From: an uncultured virus (IMG/VR IMGVR_UViG_3300032116_013561)
Lineage: Duplodnaviria; Heunggongvirae; Uroviricota; Caudoviricetes
DNA length: 20,000 nt
IMG/VR virus record: IMGVR_UViG_3300032116_013561
Reading direction: 5' to 3' (one strand)
Made by a program: the position numbers and the translations under genes
The notes under the pieces: generated by a model
The model's database searches: none
What the model saw: the letters and a program-made list of their open reading frames with translations, nothing else
What the model was told of the DNA's origin: nothing
Part shown: one piece after another, positions 16,016-20,000 of the stretch
Position numbering within the stretch: position 1 is the first letter of the stretch
Layout: each line of letters starts with the position of its first letter

Positions 16016-16049
16016 ACCCTCATAGAAATATGGGGGTTTTTTTATTTTT
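16016..16049 (+). terminator. Intrinsic terminator
   Basis: ACCCTCATA-GAAA-TATGGGGGT followed by a long T run. Confidence 0.9.
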
Positions 16050-16065
16050 CATAATATATATTATA

Positions 16066-16143
16066 GAAACCTTGTGGTTAATCCTTTAGTGTTCTTAGAA
16101 ACATTTGAGTTGAAATTAAAACCCTCAACGAATAAAGGCTTAA
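16066..16143 (+). other. Structured 5' leader of the Zn-ribbon gene
   Basis: TTAATCCTTTA (16078-16088) / TAAAGGCTTAA (16133-16143) stem encloses two hairpins (16089-16104; TTGAG/CTCAA 16105-16128). 16066-16079 is complementary to 16994-17008. Confidence 0.55.
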
Positions 16144-16168
16144 ATAAACAAACAAAAACAAGACAATT

Positions 16169-16981
16169 ATGTACACAAACATTACGCACACATGGTCTGC
16201 TATTAAAAGACCAGAAGCCTTCATTACGAAAGGTAAAAAAAGAATCAAACAATTTGATGGACAAGTATATCTCTCCGATGGAGATGAATACGAAATTGAA
16301 TTATTCAATCCTACACAAGACGTAGTATTAGCAAAAATTAAAATTGATGGGGATTATATTGCCGGCGGTGGTATAGTTCTTAGAAGGGGTGAAAGAGTGT
16401 TTTTGGAACGCTTTTTGGACTCGCCTAACAAGTTTAAGTTCTCAACCTATGTAGTTAATGGAAACAATACAGAAGTTCAGGATGCGATTGTAAATAACGG
16501 ATATGTAGAGATTGAGTTCTATTCAGAATACAAACCAACTTGGAATAGTGGATTCCTTACAACAGGAACAACCAATATGCACACCATTAATGGTAATCCG
16601 GTAAATTTTACCACTACATCATCGGGTGGAGCTACTTTTACATCATCTACATGTACCAATACATTCTATAATGTTAGTTTAACTTCTAATACAGTTGAAG
16701 GTCCAAACATTAGAGCATATTCGGATAAACAATTAAAATCCGTAAAAAGACATGTAGAAACAGGTACAACTGAAATGGGTAGTAATTCGGACCAAACATT
16801 CAAACATACAAACAAAACATTCAATTCGTTTTCGTTTTGGAATGTGGCTTGGCAAATTCTACCAACATCACAAAAACAATATACAGCAGAAGAAGTAGGT
16901 GTAAACTATTGTGGAAATTGTGGAGCTAAGAGAAAGAAATCATCTTTTAAGTTCTGCCCACACTGCGGAAATAAATTCTAA
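16169..16981 (+). CDS. Hypothetical protein: beta-rich N-domain, T/S/N linker, C-terminal zinc ribbon
   Basis: EYEIELFNP...LAKIKIDG...VFLERFLD...KFKF...NGYVEIEFY; ends CGNCG-x9-CPHCG. Confidence 0.9.
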   Translation: MYTNITHTWSAIKRPEAFITKGKKRIKQFDGQVYLSDGDEYEIELFNPTQDVVLAKIKIDGDYIAGGGIVLRRGERVFLERFLDSPNKFKFSTYVVNGNNTEVQDAIVNNGYVEIEFYSEYKPTWNSGFLTTGTTNMHTINGNPVNFTTTSSGGATFTSSTCTNTFYNVSLTSNTVEGPNIRAYSDKQLKSVKRHVETGTTEMGSNSDQTFKHTNKTFNSFSFWNVAWQILPTSQKQYTAEEVGVNYCGNCGAKRKKSSFKFCPHCGNKF

Positions 16982-17010
16982 TAAGTTATAATAAATCACA
17001 AGGTATTCAA

Positions 17011-17045
17011 AAGAAAAAGGGAGTGTAATAACTCCCTTTCTTTTT
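17011..17045. terminator. Bidirectional terminator between convergent genes
   Basis: AAAGGGAGT-gtaata-ACTCCCTTT with an A-rich left flank and a T-rich right flank. Confidence 0.88.
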
Positions 17046-17066
17046 ATAAGAAATTATATTAAAAGA

Positions 17067-17609
17067 TTAATTAGGTTCTACTAAAACAGTAGCATCAGGT
17101 TGATTTTCAATTTGAGCCTTATTAACTGCCAACGCTGTATTCAAATTTTTCACCATTTTATGAAAAACAAAAGGAGCGGTATTTGGTATTGGTACAGTAA
17201 CTTCTTTTACTTTTTCAAAACCTCTGGAAACAAACATATGTGCAGCTACACCAGTCACTTCGGAAAATAGTTCTACAACACCACGATCTTTGGCAAATTT
17301 TTCAATGAAATCTAACATTTCAAATGCAATACCATTACCTTTATGGTTTGGATGAACATAAACATATTTGATATTAGAATTAAATAATCCAACAAATCCT
17401 ACTATTTGCTCATTTTTAAGATAAACAAAAACGTTGTAATTTTCAATTACCCATTCCCAAGATTCAATTTTAGAACCACTCTCCAACCAAAAGTTTTTTT
17501 GTTTAGGATTTATATCCGCCCTTTGTGGAATATCAGTAATTGCAGCTTGATAAATATCTCTAAGAGATTCGGCATCTGATAAAGTTGCTACTCTAATATT
17601 ATTACTCAT
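17067..17609 (-). CDS. GNAT-family N-acetyltransferase
   Basis: IRVAT.SD...IVGFVGL...YVYVHPNHKGNGIAFEML (acetyl-CoA motif A)...FVSRGF; preceded by ATATTTATA (17625-17633). Confidence 0.9.
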   Translation of the reverse strand: MSNNIRVATLSDAESLRDIYQAAITDIPQRADINPKQKNFWLESGSKIESWEWVIENYNVFVYLKNEQIVGFVGLFNSNIKYVYVHPNHKGNGIAFEMLDFIEKFAKDRGVVELFSEVTGVAAHMFVSRGFEKVKEVTVPIPNTAPFVFHKMVKNLNTALAVNKAQIENQPDATVLVEPN

Positions 17610-17653
17610 TTATAATTATTTTTTTATAAATATCTGATTAATAGATTTCTATA

Positions 17654-17980
17654 TTATCCATTATAGGCTAATATTCTTTCAATCTTACCATCATCATTCC
17701 AATCTATTAGGTCTACAACTTTTAGAATGGTATCAGAAATATGTAAATCAAATTGTACAATTGTGGTAACATCCGCCTGTTTTATTTCGATATTATCAAT
17801 CTTAAATTCGTTCACAAATAAATTTTCATTCATTTCTAAAACGGCTTGTTTCCCCTTCCATTCACCATTCCAATCCCTTAGATGGATGTTATCCGAATAG
17901 ATTTCGTTCTCCAAACCTTTTACGTTTTTAGATGCGAATAGTTCAAAATATCTTTCTGCTTTAGGTATTAAGTTTTCCAT
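17654..17980 (-). CDS. SnoaL-like / NTF2-fold protein
   Basis: YFELFASKNVKGL...YSDNIHLRDW...GKQAV...VVDLIDWNDDGKIERILAY. Confidence 0.85.
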   Translation of the reverse strand: MENLIPKAERYFELFASKNVKGLENEIYSDNIHLRDWNGEWKGKQAVLEMNENLFVNEFKIDNIEIKQADVTTIVQFDLHISDTILKVVDLIDWNDDGKIERILAYNG

Positions 17981-17996
17981 ATAGTCTTTTTTATAA

Positions 17997-18302
17997 TTAT
18001 ATTGTATTCAAATAATGTACTAAAGATTCACCAAATAATTGCATATCTTCTAAGGTGTTTTTATAAACAATATCATCTATTGTCTCACCAGTGGCATCTT
18101 TTGAAACTTTTATATTATAAGTAATCTCACCCCATTCCGTATCAAATATACCCTCTCTGATTATTACCAATGTTACCGTATCTTTTCCGTTTTTATGCCG
18201 TGCTTGCAGAGCATAGTGTTGTTTACCCTCATCAGTTCTACCAATCTGCCAATCACCATACCATTGATTTTGTATCTTCTTAAAATTTTGTATTGTTAGC
18301 AT
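17997..18302 (-). CDS. Hypothetical protein, paralog family member
   Basis: N-terminus LTIQNFKKI....GDWQI...E...Y is shared with neighbours. Confidence 0.8.
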   Translation of the reverse strand: MLTIQNFKKIQNQWYGDWQIGRTDEGKQHYALQARHKNGKDTVTLVIIREGIFDTEWGEITYNIKVSKDATGETIDDIVYKNTLEDMQLFGESLVHYLNTI

Positions 18303-18610
18303 TACATATATTCTTTTAATCTCTCCCCAAACGATTTTACGGCATTATCAAATGTGAAATAATCCGCAGATACAAAGTGTCTATTATCTTGAATTCGGTA
18401 ATACCACTTTTGGTCCTCTACATCCCATTTAGCAAACTTACCAACTTCAATCCATATTATTCTAACGGATGGTGATTCAGTATCCTTAAATTGGAATCGG
18501 TAGTTCACTTCGGTTTCATGTGCTTGTGAACATACAAACCGAGCGTTCCAAAATATTTGACCAACCATCTTTTGGTAATTCTCTATCACTAGGGTTTTAC
18601 TAGCTTCCAT
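18302..18610 (-). CDS. Hypothetical protein, paralog family member
   Basis: LVIENYQKM...ETEVNYRFQF; TAATG coupling to the next gene. Confidence 0.8.
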   Translation of the reverse strand: MEASKTLVIENYQKMVGQIFWNARFVCSQAHETEVNYRFQFKDTESPSVRIIWIEVGKFAKWDVEDQKWYYRIQDNRHFVSADYFTFDNAVKSFGERLKEYM

Positions 18611-18953
18611 ATTTTTGAACTCCTTTTTCTTTAATGATATTAACTATACCTTGCCACAATATATCTTTTGTTTTGAATAGGTTTAGATATACTTCTTCTA
18701 AATGGATAGTGTTGGAAAGCGTTTCGTACATTATACTCGTCTTAATACACTTACCACCATATTCACCCATAGCAGGTGCATCAATCATTTCTTTTTCAAA
18801 TATTACACCAGCGTGTTTGGCATCTTCCCAATCCCTTTCAGGTCTTAACTTAAAGAAATACGTTGTTTCATTTTCTTCAATGTGATAGATTTCCCATCCA
18901 TTCACTTCGTATCCTTTTAAGTTATGGATACCACTAATTTCTAATTTGTTCAT
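18600..18953 (-). CDS. Hypothetical protein, paralog family member
   Basis: LEISGIHNL...VNGWEI..IEENETTYFFKL. Confidence 0.8.
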   Translation of the reverse strand: MNKLEISGIHNLKGYEVNGWEIYHIEENETTYFFKLRPERDWEDAKHAGVIFEKEMIDAPAMGEYGGKCIKTSIMYETLSNTIHLEEVYLNLFKTKDILWQGIVNIIKEKGVQKYGS

Positions 18954-19005
18954 CGGAGTCGGTTTTTTGATTTTATAAATTTTTTTGGTTTGTTTATATT
19001 GATAG

Positions 19006-19542
19006 TTACTTAGCTGCCTTCTTAGCCCTCACCGCCGGTTGTGGTGGTGGTACATACCAATTTGGTGCGGAACTTCCATTACTCAACCTTGTCATCCTAT
19101 TCGGTCCACTACGTGTTCCCCTTCCCATATTAGGTATAGGGTGCTTTGGATAACCGTTCATCATATCGTTTATGTACGGGCCACCGCTCGTAGTATGTAT
19201 AGCCGGTGGGTTTGGGTTTACATATATTTGAGTATTACCAAATGATACGTTTGGTTGGGCTGGCTTCGGTTTCCAACGGGCTTTGATGGATTGTACCCTT
19301 TCTCTAATCCAATTACGGGCTTGGTATGGAGTGATTGTACCTAACCATCCTAAAAAGAATATTGTGGATACTATTGGTGCTAGGAATGTACCAAATATCC
19401 ATGCTCCTAAGTATGATAGGAGTGTCAGCTTACCTTCATACTTCCATATGTGTAGTAGTATGTTTGCTGAGATGATAGATAGTACTCCCCATACTAGTGA
19501 TAGGGATACTTGCCATAGTTGTAGTTGTAATAAGGTTTGCAT
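19006..19542 (-). CDS. Membrane protein with Pro/Gly/Asn-rich disordered tail
   Basis: Two hydrophobic segments followed by a P/N/G/R-rich C-terminal half; co-oriented with the flanking genes and fills the gap. Confidence 0.7.
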   Translation of the reverse strand: MQTLLQLQLWQVSLSLVWGVLSIISANILLHIWKYEGKLTLLSYLGAWIFGTFLAPIVSTIFFLGWLGTITPYQARNWIRERVQSIKARWKPKPAQPNVSFGNTQIYVNPNPPAIHTTSGGPYINDMMNGYPKHPIPNMGRGTRSGPNRMTRLSNGSSAPNWYVPPPQPAVRAKKAAK

Positions 19543-19562
19543 GTCCGCAAATTTGTTTTATG

Positions 19563-19868
19563 TTACATTAATAATAGGTTTATTGTTGTCAATGCCCTAT
19601 CCATTGTACTCAAGTTTCCTTTACTTACCATCAATCGTTCCGCCACCGAATTGGGTAAAGGCCCAATTGTACCAACAGGTTTCCAACACCACATTTCGTA
19701 TTCATCACCAATTGGATTCCTTTCTATATTCAATTGGTGCCTTTCTCCACCTGGTTTTAATAGGTGAATGATATATGCGCTTGGTATGGTTTCAACTCTA
19801 CTTATCCGCCATCCACCTACATCTTTCTTATAAAGTTTTTCTATGTTTACTATCTCAAGCATGTCCAT
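19563..19868 (-). CDS. Hypothetical protein, paralog family member
   Basis: LEIVNIEKL....VGGWRI..VE....YIIHL. Confidence 0.8.
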   Translation of the reverse strand: MDMLEIVNIEKLYKKDVGGWRISRVETIPSAYIIHLLKPGGERHQLNIERNPIGDEYEMWCWKPVGTIGPLPNSVAERLMVSKGNLSTMDRALTTINLLLM

Positions 19869-20000
19869 AATATTTTTCCAATACTCCTTCTATAAGAGCT
19901 AAAAAATATTTATAATCCTTTACATCATCATCATTTAACCACATCCGTTCAGTCCATTCCATCTTCTCATCGGTCATATACAATTGATACCTTTGTTCGG
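19855..20000 (-). CDS. C-terminal part of a hypothetical protein (start outside the window)
   Basis: ...EQRYQLYMTDEKMEWTERMWLNDDDVKDYKYFLALIEGVLEKYYGHA*; overlaps the next start. Confidence 0.7.
   Translation of the reverse strand, partial: EQRYQLYMTDEKMEWTERMWLNDDDVKDYKYFLALIEGVLEKYYGHA

Noticed and set aside
11434..16325. Track ORFs 11434-11748, 14433-14621, 15578-15901, 16061-16264, 16074-16325, 16078-16308
   Set aside because: They overlap real genes, terminators or leaders in other frames or strands and have no coding character.
18634..19771. Plus-strand ORFs 18634-18885, 19039-19245, 19283-19771, 19537-19767
   Set aside because: Antisense to a contiguous minus-strand gene run.
1..20000. 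Stop-codon reassignment as in some large Bacteroidota phages
   Set aside because: Long genes are intact under the standard code, and TAG (7850, 8391, 15722) and TGA (5501, 15186) end genes at sensible positions.
1..20000. tRNA, rRNA, CRISPR array, integrase or transposase
   Set aside because: None seen: no cloverleaf, repeat-spacer periodicity or recombinase motifs.

Overview
AT-rich, densely packed window that reads as part of a large tailed-phage genome infecting a Bacteroidota host. This is inferred: no structural hallmark gene lies in the window. Support comes from the typical large-phage accessory genes (UvsE, Hsp20, HD hydrolase, 5'(3')-nucleotidase, GIY-YIG, PhoH, DUF1599, SF2 helicase, P-loop kinase, many short ORFans) and seven exact or near-exact Bacteroidota sigma-A promoters (TTTG-N19/20-TAnnTTTG). 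A second promoter-like class (ATATTTAT, no -33 box) also recurs. Main points of interest: (1) a full-length 1097-aa TonB-dependent transporter with a terminator and a 40-codon ORF in its leader, followed by a signal-peptide-bearing CpcT/CpeT-fold protein; (2) a Zn-ribbon gene whose predicted mRNA 5' end pairs with its 3' end and whose 5' UTR folds into a multi-stem structure; (3) a 52-aa basic protein missing from the ORF track that resembles ArfA/BrfA ribosome-rescue factors; (4) a 25-bp spaced palindrome in three copies, next to the only two promoters with a variant -7 box; (5) a tandem array of divergent ~100-aa paralogs at the right end.
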